Below, one piece after another: positions 1 through 10,502 of a DNA stretch of 64,000 bases (its first letter is position 1; every line of letters begins with the position of its first letter). Source of the stretch: Octopus sinensis (taxonomy: Eukaryota); contig NC_043001.1 of NCBI RefSeq assembly GCF_006345805.1, positions 121,830,001 through 121,894,000 of the forward strand, written 5' to 3'. A program made the position numbers and the translations under genes. The notes beneath the pieces were generated by a model. The model searched no databases, was not told where the DNA came from, and was given only the letters and a program-made list of their open reading frames with translations.

Positions 1-298
1 GATGAAAGGCAAAGTCGACCTCGGCGGAATTTGAACTCAGAACGTAAAGACAGACGAAATACCTATTTCTTTACTACCCACAAGGGGCTAAACACAGAGA
101 GGACAAACAAGGACAGACAAACGGATTAAGTCGATTATATCGACCCCAGTGCATAACAGGTACTTATTTAATCGACCCCGAAAGGATGAAAGGCAAAGTC
201 GACCTCGGCGGAATTTGAACTCAGAACGTAACGGCAGACAAAATACCGCAAAGCAGTTCGCCCGGCGTGCTTAACGTTTCTGCCAGCTCGCCGCCTTA
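1..298 (-). mobile_element. tRNA-derived SINE, family A (partial dimer)
   Basis: Reverse complement of the 'aaggcggcgagctggcagaa..cgttaagcacgccgggcg..ttctgagttcaaattccgccgaggtcgactttgcctttcatcc..gtgggtagtaaagaaat' consensus that recurs many times in the window; 'gagttcaaattcc' is B-box-like. Confidence 0.85.
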
Positions 299-484
299 AA
301 ATGAATTTAGACATTGAATCATCGCACACCTCATGTGAAAAAAATGACTTTGAGTACACATCTTCTAACTTTTTAACCAGTAAAATTTTATCAGCTCAAA
401 TCTTCCAAGAACAAGGAAACGCTGTGTAAAAATGGAGGCTAAGCTTTCTTGAGACAGATATGCGAAGAACTTTTGCCCTGTGCA

Positions 485-620
485 TTTTGAAAAAGGGACC
501 GATAGAACAAGTACTAAGTTTACAAAGAATAAGTCCTGGGGTCGATTTGCTCGACTAAAAGACGGTGCTCCAGCATGGCCACAGTCAAATGACTGAAACA
601 AGTAAAAGAGTAAAAGAGAA
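485..620 (+). mobile_element. SINE family B, 3' fragment
   Basis: 'gaccgatagaacaagtact..gaataagtcctggggtcgatttgctcgactaaa..ggtgctccagcatggcc..gactgaaacaagtaaaagagtaaaagag' matches the tails of other copies. Confidence 0.8.
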
Positions 621-936
621 AGGAGTATTAAAGATGTGTAATTTTATTCCTTTTATCGGTTTCATTTGTTAGACTACGTCTATGCTTGAGCGCAGCTTTA
701 TACAGAATATAGTCGATTAAATTGACACATGTAATTATTTTATCGATAGGCACTTGACTTGTTTTATTGACTTCCGAAGGATGAAAGCAAAATGGACCAC
801 GGTCTACTTTAGCGTAATCAAATATCACAAGGCATTTTTCTCCAATGCTCTACTAATTCTCACCACCATTCATGTAGAGTTTGTTGTGTCGAAATTTAAT
901 TTCAGCTTCGTTCTTTTCCAATTCCTTTGTGGTTCG

Positions 937-1316
937 TGGCTCTCCGTCGGTTACGACGACGCGGGTTCCAGTTGATCCGATCAACGGAACAGCCTGCTCG
1001 TGAAATTAACGTGCAAGTGGCTGAGCACTCCACAGACACGTGTACCCTTAACGTAGTTCTCGGTGAGATCCAGCGTGGCACAGAGTGCGACAAAGCTGGC
1101 CCTTTGAAATACAGGTAGAACAGAAGCAAGAAGAAAGAGTGAGAGAAAGTTGTGGTGAACGAGTACAGCAGGGTTTATCTCCACCCACTGCCGGAGCCTC
1201 GTAGAATTTTAGATGTTTTCGATCAATAAACACTCACAACACCCGGTCAGGGAATCGAAATCGCGATCCTTCGACCGCGATTCCGCTGCCCTAATCACTG
1301 GACCATTGCGACTCCA
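937..1316 (-). mobile_element. tRNA-derived SINE, family C (near full length)
   Basis: Minus strand starts 'gcaatggtccagtgattagggcagcggaatcgcggtcgaaggatcgcgatttcgattccc' (tRNA-like A/B boxes); the same head is at 10133-10295 and 21841-22040. Confidence 0.8.
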
Positions 1317-1334
1317 CCCTTTGTGGTTAATATT

Positions 1335-1852
1335 TCCTTCTACTACGGGCATTTTGTGCTTTACATTCTGAGTTCAAATTCCTCCGGGGTCGGCTTTGCG
1401 TTTCATCTTTTCGGGGTCGATAAAATAAGTACCAGTTAAGCACTGGGGGTCAATCTAATCAACTTATCTCCCTAAAATTGCTGGCCATGTGCTAAAACTC
1501 GAAACCGATATTTCCTTCTACTAAGGCGGCAAGCAGGCAGAATCGTTAACACGCCGGGTAAAATGCTCAGCGGCATTTCGTCTGTCTTTATGTTCTGAGT
1601 TCAAGTTTGGCCGGGGTCGACTTTGACTTTCATACTTTCTGAGTCGATAAAATATGTACCAGTTGAGCACTGGGGTCGATGTAATGGTTTTAAGCCCTTC
1701 CCCGATCTTGCTTGCCTTGTACCAATATTTGAAACCAATATTTCCTTCTACTACGGGCACGAGGTCTGAAATCTTGTGGAGAGGGGGTTAGTCAATGATA
1801 CCGATCCCTTTACTCAACTGGTACTTATTTTATTGACTCCGATAATGCCGTA

Positions 1853-1883
<31 letters not shown>

Positions 1884-2097
1884 GCTTCGAATTTTACCAC
1901 AAGGGCAGTAATTTTGTAGGAGGGGATGAGTCGATTACATCGACCCGAGTGTTCAACTGGTATTAATTTTATCGACCCCGAAAGGATGAAAGGCAAAGGT
2001 GACCTCGGCGGAATTTGAACTCAGAACGTGGCGACGGGCGAAATACCGCTAAGCATTTCGTCCAGATCCCTAACGATTCTTCCAGCTCGCTGCCTTG
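1335..2097. mobile_element. Cluster of SINE family A copies (two on +, then two on -)
   Basis: Repeated 'ttctgagttcaa..gtcgactttgc..tttcat..cggggtcgataaa..taccagtt' on + at ~1360-1750; its reverse complement at ~1760-2097. Confidence 0.75.
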
Positions 2098-2139
2098 ATA
2101 ACAACAACAACAACAACAATAATAATAGTAATAGTAACG

Positions 2140-2550
2140 AGACGACCATATATCGTGATCATCCATAAAGATGAAAAAGAAGCAAAGATAATAGATGTTG
2201 CAATACCAGGCGATCTGAGGGTGAAATGTAAGGAAACAGAAAAGATTGAGAAATACCAGCCACTGCGGGACGAGATAGAAAAGTTATGGGGCATGAGGAA
2301 AGTAATGGTGATACTGGTGGTAACTGGAGCAATAGGATCAGTTTCCAAGAGCTTTGAAAAACATATTAAGAATACTGGAGCTGCTGTCAACTTCGAAGGA
2401 CCCAGAAGACGGCACTGTTGGGTACAGCTCGCACTCTAAGGATAGTATTGTCTCTTTGAGTCTCAGGAGAAGGCACTACTTGAAACCTTTGGTAATTTGT
2501 TATTGCCTGCTTTCAAGTAAACAACCGCAAATAGAACAGCGAGAATCAAA
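2140..2550 (+). mobile_element. 3' fragment of RLE-type (R4/Dong/NeSL-like) non-LTR retrotransposon
   Basis: Translation 'RRPYIVIIHKDEKEAKIIDVAIPGDLRVKCKETEKIEKYQPLRDEIEKLWGMRKVMVILVVTGAIG' fits the PD..D / K..KY / LW / GALG pattern of a restriction-like endonuclease; flanked by (AAC/AAT)n. Confidence 0.8.
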
Positions 2551-2579
2551 ACAACAACAACAACAACAATAATAATAAA

Positions 2580-3059
2580 TAAACCGGATATCAAAGATCA
2601 AACAAAAAAGGTGTGTTTATTAATTGACATGAGTATTCCTTGCGATCACAATATAGCAGCGAAAGAATTTGACAAGATCAGTAAATATAAAGAATTGCTA
2701 ATAGAAATTGAAAAAATGAGGCATCACAAGGCAACTACAGTACCAGTGATTGTAGGATCTCTAGGAATGATAAAAAAAGGTACTGAAACCTATTTGAAAA
2801 TAATACCAGGCTTGCTTACTATCCCTAGAGGAAGTGCAAAAAATCGTGTTAACTGGAACGACTCATGTACTGAGAAGAGCATTATCGCTGTGAAAACAGC
2901 ATCCATTTATGAATTTATTTATTTATTATTTTTTTAAAATACATATTTTGTCTGTGAATTTGCGTGTGAAATCTGGGAATGCATACAATGAGCTTCTCTG
3001 CCCTAGGTGCACGGAAAATACCCGGCGAGAAACGGAAAAAAATTTGAAGAAAGAAGGAA

Positions 3060-3060
<1 letters not shown>
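2580..3060 (+). mobile_element. Second RLE-type LINE 3' fragment with (AAT)n tail
   Basis: 'KPDIKDQTKKVCLLIDMSIPCDHNIAAKEFDKISKYKELLIEIEKM..VPVIVGSLGMIKKG' followed by a short UTR and (AAT)n at ~3061-3121. Confidence 0.8.
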
Positions 3061-3121
<61 letters not shown>

Positions 3122-3123
<2 letters not shown>

Positions 3124-3681
3124 GCCCTGATGCAGTACCAGGCAGTGGCTCTCATGGCTTCTCATCTTAACTGATTGGAAATGTTATCATGTACATTGTT
3201 TTGTCTTGGTATAAAAGATGGGCTACAGCAAATATTCTGCTCAATACCACAGATTTGCTTGTCAGTTGTTTGACCTTAACCAGTTGAGCATGTCCCTTAG
3301 TGGCTGACGATATGTGCATCTCTGATCACGAGCAGAAGTAGTGGGGGAGCATCATAGCCATGTGTTGAGAGGGATTCTTTGGGGTTTGAATAGTTCACCT
3401 CTGGAAACATGGGTGGTTCTTTCAACATCCTTAAACAACCCTTATTCAGGGACCGTTTGAGCGGGATGGGCTACTCAACCTGAAGAAAATTCTAACTGGG
3501 CCCCCACCTGCAAGGTCATGTGCTGTTTATCTTGATATGAGATCACCATGTCGCGCACATATGGTTGTGATGCATGTGCCTGGTGTACCTTTATCAGACG
3601 GGTAGTCATGATGGGTATATTGGGCTTCGTATATTTTACCCCAGTGTCACTTTGATGGCATGAACTGCTCTCTCACTCAAT
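3122..3681. mobile_element. ~560-bp non-coding interspersed element embedded in (AAT)n
   Basis: Bounded on both sides by (AAT)n; a diverged second copy follows at 3814-4312. Confidence 0.7.
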
Positions 3682-3682
3682 G

Positions 3683-3719
<37 letters not shown>

Positions 3720-3727
3720 TAATAATA

Positions 3728-3772
<45 letters not shown>

Positions 3773-3773
3773 C

Positions 3774-3813
<40 letters not shown>

Positions 3814-4312
3814 GCTCAATACCACAATTCTACTCAATACTTCAAGGTATAAAAGATGGGCTACAGCTAATATTCTGCCCAATACCACAGATTTGCTTGT
3901 CAGTTATTTGACATTAACCAGTCGAGTCTGTCTTTTGGTGGCTGACAATATACGCATCTCTGATTACGAGCAGAAATAGTGGGGGAGTATCATAGCCATG
4001 TGTTGAGAGGGATTCTTTGGGGTTTAGATAATTCACCTCTGGAAACATGGGTGTTTTGTTCATCATCCTTAAACAGTCCTTATTCAGAGACCTTTTGAGT
4101 ATGATGGGCTACTCAGCCTGAAGAAAATTCTAACTGGGCCCCCACCTGCAAGGTCATGCGCTGTTATGAGATCACCATGACGCGCTCATATAGTTGTGGT
4201 GCATGCGCCTGGTGTATCCTTATCAGACGTGTAGTCATGATGGGTATATTGGGCTTCGTATATTTGTGCTCCAGTGTCACTTTGATGACATGCACTGCTC
4301 TCTTACTCAATA
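3814..4312. mobile_element. Second, truncated copy of the (AAT)n-embedded element
   Basis: From 'ggtataaaagatgggctacagc' to 'tctcttactcaataataat' it aligns with 3208-3685. Confidence 0.75.
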
Positions 4313-5869
4313 ATAATAATAATATGGTGGTGGTGGTGGTGGTTGTCATGACGGTGATGACGATGATGATAATGATGACGATGATGATGGTTGATAATGT
4401 TGAAATTGCCAGTGAAACAGCAAATAAAAAAATTACTAGTCTGGATCGTTGATAATATCTACTTTATTCCTTCGTGTTTCTGTGTTAAAAACCCATACGC
4501 TGCGACTTGAACATTTGGCTTCGTTCGTTCTTCTTTATTTAATTTATACACATAAATATATATAGTTTTTTTTATATCAAAATTGCTCTCCTTCATCCCG
4601 TCCTGTTCCCGCCCCATACATCAATCCGACCGGAGGTCGATAAAAATAAAACAAAATAAAATGAAATAAAATGAAATAAAATAAAGCATCAGTAAGATTC
4701 AGAAAGATGGAATCAATTGATTGCACAAATATTGGCAGTATGCCGAAGAAAGAAATCATTACAACTATAAGTAGAAATTCCGCCGGCATATGGATAATAT
4801 ATGTTAGAAACCATTATTTCTTATCGGCTCCTTAAATCGCCAGCACTGGTAAACAAATTATTGAAGGGAAGGCTGGTTAATGCTTTAAAACTCAGCCAGT
4901 TATCAGAGTACTGGTCGAACTTACTATTCATTGTGCTAATCTCATCTCATCTCAAAAATCAATCTACGATTAGATTAATCTTGCAAATGCACTCAGGAAT
5001 TTTAAGACGGTGCATTTTCATCTTTTGGCAGGTCACGAAACTAATCTTGATTCAAACTGCTTGATGGCAAGGTATTGAATGATGTATGCGAAAGGAAAAA
5101 GAAAATTTGTTAATAAATTGAAATCTCCTTACTGGTTGAAGAAAGGAAAACGAAAGCCTAACGGCAATTATTAAAGACTCTAAAAAGAAATGGGAGGTAA
5201 TTTAAAGATATTAAGAAACTTTACGGAAAATTATGATCATATTTCGAGGAAAAAAAGATCTAACCTTTGTTAGTAAACGCAATGGAAGCTACGAACACGT
5301 TTCGGCTTATATTTCATCAGCAGAGCATAATAAAACCAAGGTTACTAAATCAATTAGTTTAGATGTTACGAACAATTATGGTCAGTAGTAATTTGCATAA
5401 TGATAAAAAAAAAAAAGAAAAAAGAGAAATCTAACTAAGGGAAATTATTCATGGGATCCAATGGTATGAATTTATGTAAAACAGATAGAATATGATATTC
5501 TGAATGGCGTAGGTAAAAAAGTTCTCAATTAATTAAATTTTGCCTCTTAGTTGAAGAATGAAAACGAAAACCTTAACGGCGTTTGTTGGTGAAGAATGAG
5601 ATAATTTCAAGATTATTACGAATTAAATTATACAGAAAATTGATAACCATCAGACTTAGGGAAACATAGACATCTAGTACTGGTGTTTTAAGGCGGTGAG
5701 CTGGCCGAATCGTTAGCACGCCAGGCGCAATAAAATGGGCTTGCGGAGGTAATTGTGCCCACGGGCGGAGTTTTCCCCAAGGTTGCTTTAAAAACTTGGT
5801 TGGACAACACGAAATTGACAACTCATTTTCAAGAATTAAAAAACTACAATAAAAGATAATATACAACAG

Positions 5870-5881
5870 CCCGTTGTATAC

Positions 5882-5949
<68 letters not shown>

Positions 5950-6185
5950 GTGTGTGTGTGTGTGTGTGTATGTTTGTGTGTCTGTGTTTGTCCCCCCAAC
6001 ATCGCTTGACAACCGATTGTGGTGTGTTTACGTCCCCGAAACTTAGCGGTTCGGCAAAAAAGAGACCGATAGAATAAATACTAGGCTTCTAAAGAATAAG
6101 TCCTTGGGTCGACTTGCTCGACTAAAAGGTGGTGCTCCAGCATGGTCGCAGTCAAATGACTGAAACGAATAAAAGAGTGAAAGAG
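5870..6185 (+). mobile_element. SINE family B, 3' half with internal (TG)n
   Basis: 'tgtttgtcccccaacatcgcttgacaaccgat..cttagcggttcggcaaaaaagagaccgatagaataa'. Confidence 0.85.
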
Positions 6186-6767
6186 TATACTTGCGGAACA
6201 CTGCGATTTAGACATTACCAACTTTCTAAATCTTGCAAAATTTTTGTACACAAAATTCGGATGGAAAGTGAAACCTCTAGCTAGAATACCACAATCCATC
6301 CAACGGGTTCAAAACATCATCGATGATGATCCTGGAAAAGCAACGTGGGCCATCGCAAATGAACTTCAGATATTGATAGAACTATCAGAACTGTGATGCA
6401 TGAGGACTTGCGATAAAGTCATATGTACTGCAGAGAAGCCGATTCATATCTGCAAGCATACAAGAATATCGTTAGCTGAGTGTAAAATCTCTCTCGAGCA
6501 GATTTGGTTCTTTGATTAGGAAAACTTCAACGATACTCAGAAGATCAAAACAGGAGAAATGACAGATAGTTCCCAGCAGCTGTGATGGTTTTAGGAGTGG
6601 AGAGTAACGGTGGTGTCATGCAACCAAATATCTTTTCACAGGGCCTCAGGATTTAGCTGTTGCTCACATTGAATTAAGCTGCTTAATGTTATGTTAATGT
6701 TATGTTAATGATATGTTAAGGTGCTGAAGACAGTTGTTAAACCCTGGGTGGATGAAGTATCTTTGTG

Positions 6768-7536
6768 CAGTGGTTCCCAAAGTGGGCGGTACTGCTTCCT
6801 TGGGGGTGAGGTGGAAGCATCCAAGGAGGTGGTATTGAAGAAAAGTGGGGCGATAATGGGGAGGCCAATAGGGGGTGATGGATGTAACCGCCCCCGCCCC
6901 AAATTAATGGTTAAATTAGATTACCGTAAATCCTCGAGTAAAGTCCGCCTTTGAGTATAATACGCAGGGGATTTTTAGGGGGCTGTACCTCTGAAAAACA
7001 TAAACCTTGTGTATAATACGCACCCCTTCTCTAACTTGAGTCAAGGCGGTCTATATAACGTTTTTGGTTTGTAAAAATGTATACGGTAATGTCCTTTATT
7101 ATTATTGTATATATAACATAATGCAAACGTGTAGCTTTTTTGTGCATTTTGTTTGCAGAAAATAAAAAAAATAACAGTAATAACGTTTAATAAATGTTGC
7201 TTACTGCAAGTTATGGATGATTCTTTTATGACTTCACTGCTTTCAGGCTTAGCTTAAGGTATTTTCGCGCCCGACATCATAAAATGCGTCTGAATAAACA
7301 TAGCCAGACAGCAAATAGAGACTCGGACATTGCTTAGATTTTGACCTTTAAATTGGGGAAAAAATGCGGATTATACTCGAAGACTTACGGTAAGTTTTAT
7401 ATGTGAAATATAGTTGCTTTTGAATTTGCTGTTGAAAGTAGTCTATGTTTATGATGGAGAGGGGGAAGGGGCGCTAGTAATGTGGCCCTGGGTGCCAAGG
7501 GGCGGGTGGCAGCCTGAAAAAGTTTGGGAACCACCG
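6768..7536. mobile_element. hAT/Charlie-like MITE (host of the pogo-like MITE)
   Basis: Termini 'cagtggttcccaaa' and 'tttgggaaccaccg' are inverted repeats; internal 'tttgaatttgctgt.gaaagtagtct.tgtttat' is shared with 47338-47593. No clear TSD. Confidence 0.65.
6924..7390. mobile_element. Tc1/mariner-pogo-type MITE, copy 1
   Basis: Imperfect ~25-bp TIRs 'ccgtaaatcctcgagtaaagtccgc' / 'gcggattatactcgaagacttacgg', with TA on both sides (6922-6923, 7391-7392). Confidence 0.85.
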
Positions 7537-8190
7537 ATGTAGCGGAAGACTATATGTGATTCAACAAGCTGCAGCATCTTTTCTCAAAGATCTCGAAACC
7601 CAAGAATGACTGTCAGACAATTTTTACGAACATGTAAAACCAAAACTATTGAAAAGGTTGCAAGACGCAACGAAAATTTTAGGACAATAAAAATAAGAAA
7701 AACGTGGAAATTTTACCGGTGAGTGTGTTACATAATAAGGCACAAAAAGAAAATGACTCTCCCCAGACACAATGTAACACCAAATTTAATTTAAATCTCA
7801 TGGACTACTGCGTTTGAAGCGTTTTTTGGAAGGAAGAGTAATCAACATCCTTACAATATCATGGTTTCCTTGAAGGACGCCATTGTCCGAGCGATGTCTG
7901 AAATTTAACAGATTAACAACGGTTCCGGTTCTGCATTAGAGCCTCATCGAAGATGAAAGCAGATTCATAGAATAATCTGATAAGAAACTTTATGGAAAGC
8001 ATGAGTACAAATTTATCTTTAAAATGATTTGTTTTATACTAAGATCAGAACTTAATATAAATATTAAAATAACTAAGTCTCTCTAAAAGAGAACAGCGGC
8101 AGCGTTCCCGGAAAATAATAGTTATCGCCATACTAATATGGCATTCTTATAAAAATAAAACCATCGAACAGAGATTGTCGGAAGCGACAC

Positions 8191-8261
8191 CTACTGGCTG
8201 GCTACGCTGCATTGAAAAGGGGCAATACCCCGAAACGCGTCTGTAGCTGCCGGTCAAGTAG
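8191..8261 (+). ncRNA. Type I hammerhead ribozyme, copy 1
   Basis: gctgca-TTGAAAA-gggg(caata)cccc-GAAAC-gc-GTC-tgtagc: stem I of 6 bp plus an extension, stem II of 4 bp, minimal palindromic stem III ACGCGT, predicted cleavage after C8241. Confidence 0.75.
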
Positions 8262-8554
8262 TGTGGAGCGACTGACCTCCCTTGTTCGAAGGTTATATGG
8301 ATACAGTTTGTGTATCAAATAGCTAACTTAAGGCGATGGCCTCATGGAGCTAATAAGCGGACAGCTTTTTTCTTATTTTTATAAGAACGCCATATTAGTA
8401 TGGCGATAACTATATATTATTTCCGGGAACGCTGCCGCTGTTCTCTTTTAGAGAGACTTAGTATTTTTAATATTTCTATTATTGAAAACAAGTGGATGTA
8501 TTCCACCGAAACTAGCTAAATAAACCATCGAACAGAGATTGTCGGAAGCGACAC

Positions 8555-8625
8555 CTACTGGCTGGCTACGCTGCATTGAAAAGGGGCAATACCCCGAAAC
8601 GCGTCTGTAGCTGCCGGTCAGGTAG
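8555..8625 (+). ncRNA. Type I hammerhead ribozyme, copy 2
   Basis: Core identical to copy 1; predicted cleavage after C8605. Confidence 0.75.
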
Positions 8626-8937
8626 TGTGGAGCGACTGACCTCCCTTGTTCGAAGGTTATATGGATACAGTTTGTGTATCAAATAGCTAACTTAAGGCGA
8701 TGGCCTCATGGAGCTAATAAGCGGACAGCTTTTTTCTTATTTTTATAAGAATGCCATATTAGTATGGCGATAACTATTAAGATCAGAACTGTTTTATTAA
8801 ATTATCAGATATGTCCTTAAATATCGCTCGCATTCTGTATTATCTTCAATATTTTCCAACGAAATAAAACTATATTCACGTGAACGTAATCATGTGTTCA
8901 TGTTTAATACGCTTCTATTAGATAGTGTATCATTTAG

Positions 8938-8939
8938 AA

Positions 8940-8983
<44 letters not shown>

Positions 8984-9001
8984 AACAACAACAACACCAC
9001 A

Positions 9002-9036
<35 letters not shown>

Positions 9037-9071
9037 AACAACAACAACAACACAGCAGCAGCAGCAGCAGC

Positions 9072-9108
<37 letters not shown>

Positions 9109-9219
9109 CAGCATCAGCAGCAGCAGCAGCAGCAGCAGCCAGCAGCAGCAGCAGCAGCAGCAACAACAACACAACAACAACAACACACCACACAACAACA
9201 ACAACAACAACAACAACAC

Positions 9220-9291
<72 letters not shown>
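8938..9291. repeat. Compound trinucleotide microsatellite (ACT/AAC/ACG/AGC)n
   Basis: Read directly from the sequence. Confidence 0.95.
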
Positions 9292-9292
<1 letters not shown>

Positions 9293-9914
9293 AATGCTAT
9301 ATTCTTCATTTCCTTTGTTTCTGTTTTTAGATGGTCGGGTGTGGACTCGAAGCAGATTTCATTGTTTTTTTTTTTCCAGACGATCAAATGATCACGCAGA
9401 TACTTCCGCCATGCACCTCACCCTACTCATGAAACTCCGAGAGAATCAAACCAAAAAAAATGAAGAAAAAAAAAGAAAAAAGAAAGAAAAGGTAAAGGAG
9501 AAAAGAAAGAAAGAAAGAAGGAAAGAAAGAAAGAAAGAAAAGAAAACAATTGTTGCTCGAGTTTGTTTCAGCATTTGTTTTGTTGCTTCTTTTATCGATC
9601 CTCATAAGATATGAAAAGCCAAGTTGACCCCGACGGGATTTTAAATTATAATGTAGAGAATCGAAACAGAATATTGATTTCTTGCATAATATATCGAATA
9701 AATAATATTGATTCCGAAACCAAATATTGTGCTGAATTTTGTTTGACGCTCCACCGTCTGCGATAGGCAAATTTTCTTACGTACGACAACGTGAAATGTC
9801 TGATATCAGACGATATTCTATCACTGCTTCATACGACATATATTCGAATCAAAAGTAAGTTTCTTTGTTTCCGTTTAATCTCTTTTACTTTCGCAAATTG
9901 TCTATGAAAAAACT

Positions 9915-10030
9915 ATCTATCTGTCTGTCTGTCTGTCTGTCTGTCTGTATGTATGTATGTATGTATGTATGTATGTATGTCTATCCATCTCTCTGTCTGT
10001 CTATCTATCTATCTATCTATCTATCTATAA
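9915..10030. repeat. Compound tetranucleotide microsatellite (TCTG/TATG/TCTA)n
   Basis: Read directly from the sequence. Confidence 0.9.
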
Positions 10031-10132
10031 ATTGTTTATGCATATGTACCTGTGTAATTATATATATGTTTTTGTTTGTTTTTGTTTTTCCAGTTTCAGC
10101 TCTTGAGCTGTGGCCATGCTGGGGCACCGCCA

Positions 10133-10289
10133 TTGTGGTGAAAGAGTACAGCAGGGATCACCACCCCCTGCCGGAGCCTCGTAGAGCTTTTGGTGTTTTC
10201 GCTCTATAAAACACACACAACGCCCGGTCTGAGAATCGAAACCGCGATCCTGCGACCGCGAGTCCGCTGCCCTAACCACTAGGCCATTG

Positions 10290-10295
<6 letters not shown>
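10133..10295 (-). mobile_element. SINE family C, 5' part
   Basis: Reverse complement of 'gaggcgcaatggcctagtggttagggcagcggactcgcggtcgcaggatcgcggtttcgattctc'. Confidence 0.8.

Positions 10296-10500
<205 letters not shown>

Positions 10501-10502
<2 letters not shown>

Larger units (their letters stand above)
6230..7975 (+). pseudogene. Decayed Tc1/mariner transposase, maT/DD37D-like, split by nested MITEs
   Basis: Hand-translated pieces in colinear order with stops and frameshifts: 'DDDPGKATWAIANEL', 'MHEDLR*KSYVL', 'VMVLGVESNGGVMQPNIFSQGLR', 'VLKTVVKPWVDEV', then after the insertion 'GRLYVIQQAAA..ETQE*LSDNFYEHVKP' and 'NLMDYCV*S..SNQHPYNIMVSLKDAIVRAMSEI'. Subfamily assignment is from memory. 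Confidence 0.7.
8053..8777 (+). mobile_element. Hammerhead-bearing retrozyme / Penelope pLTR-like insertion
   Basis: 13-bp direct repeat 'taagatcagaact' at 8040-8052 and 8778-8790; 364-bp tandem unit (8157-8520, partial repeat 8521-8777); 8056-8158 is the inverted copy of ~8375-8477. Confidence 0.75.

Noticed and set aside
5290-5325. Minus-strand CTGATGA..GAAAC hammerhead-like words
   Set aside because: No stem II pairing between the motifs, and the triplet reads GUG, not NUH.
8894-9614. Long poly-Q/T/N/C ORFs
   Set aside because: Translations of a compound trinucleotide microsatellite that is open in many frames on both strands; no unique coding content.
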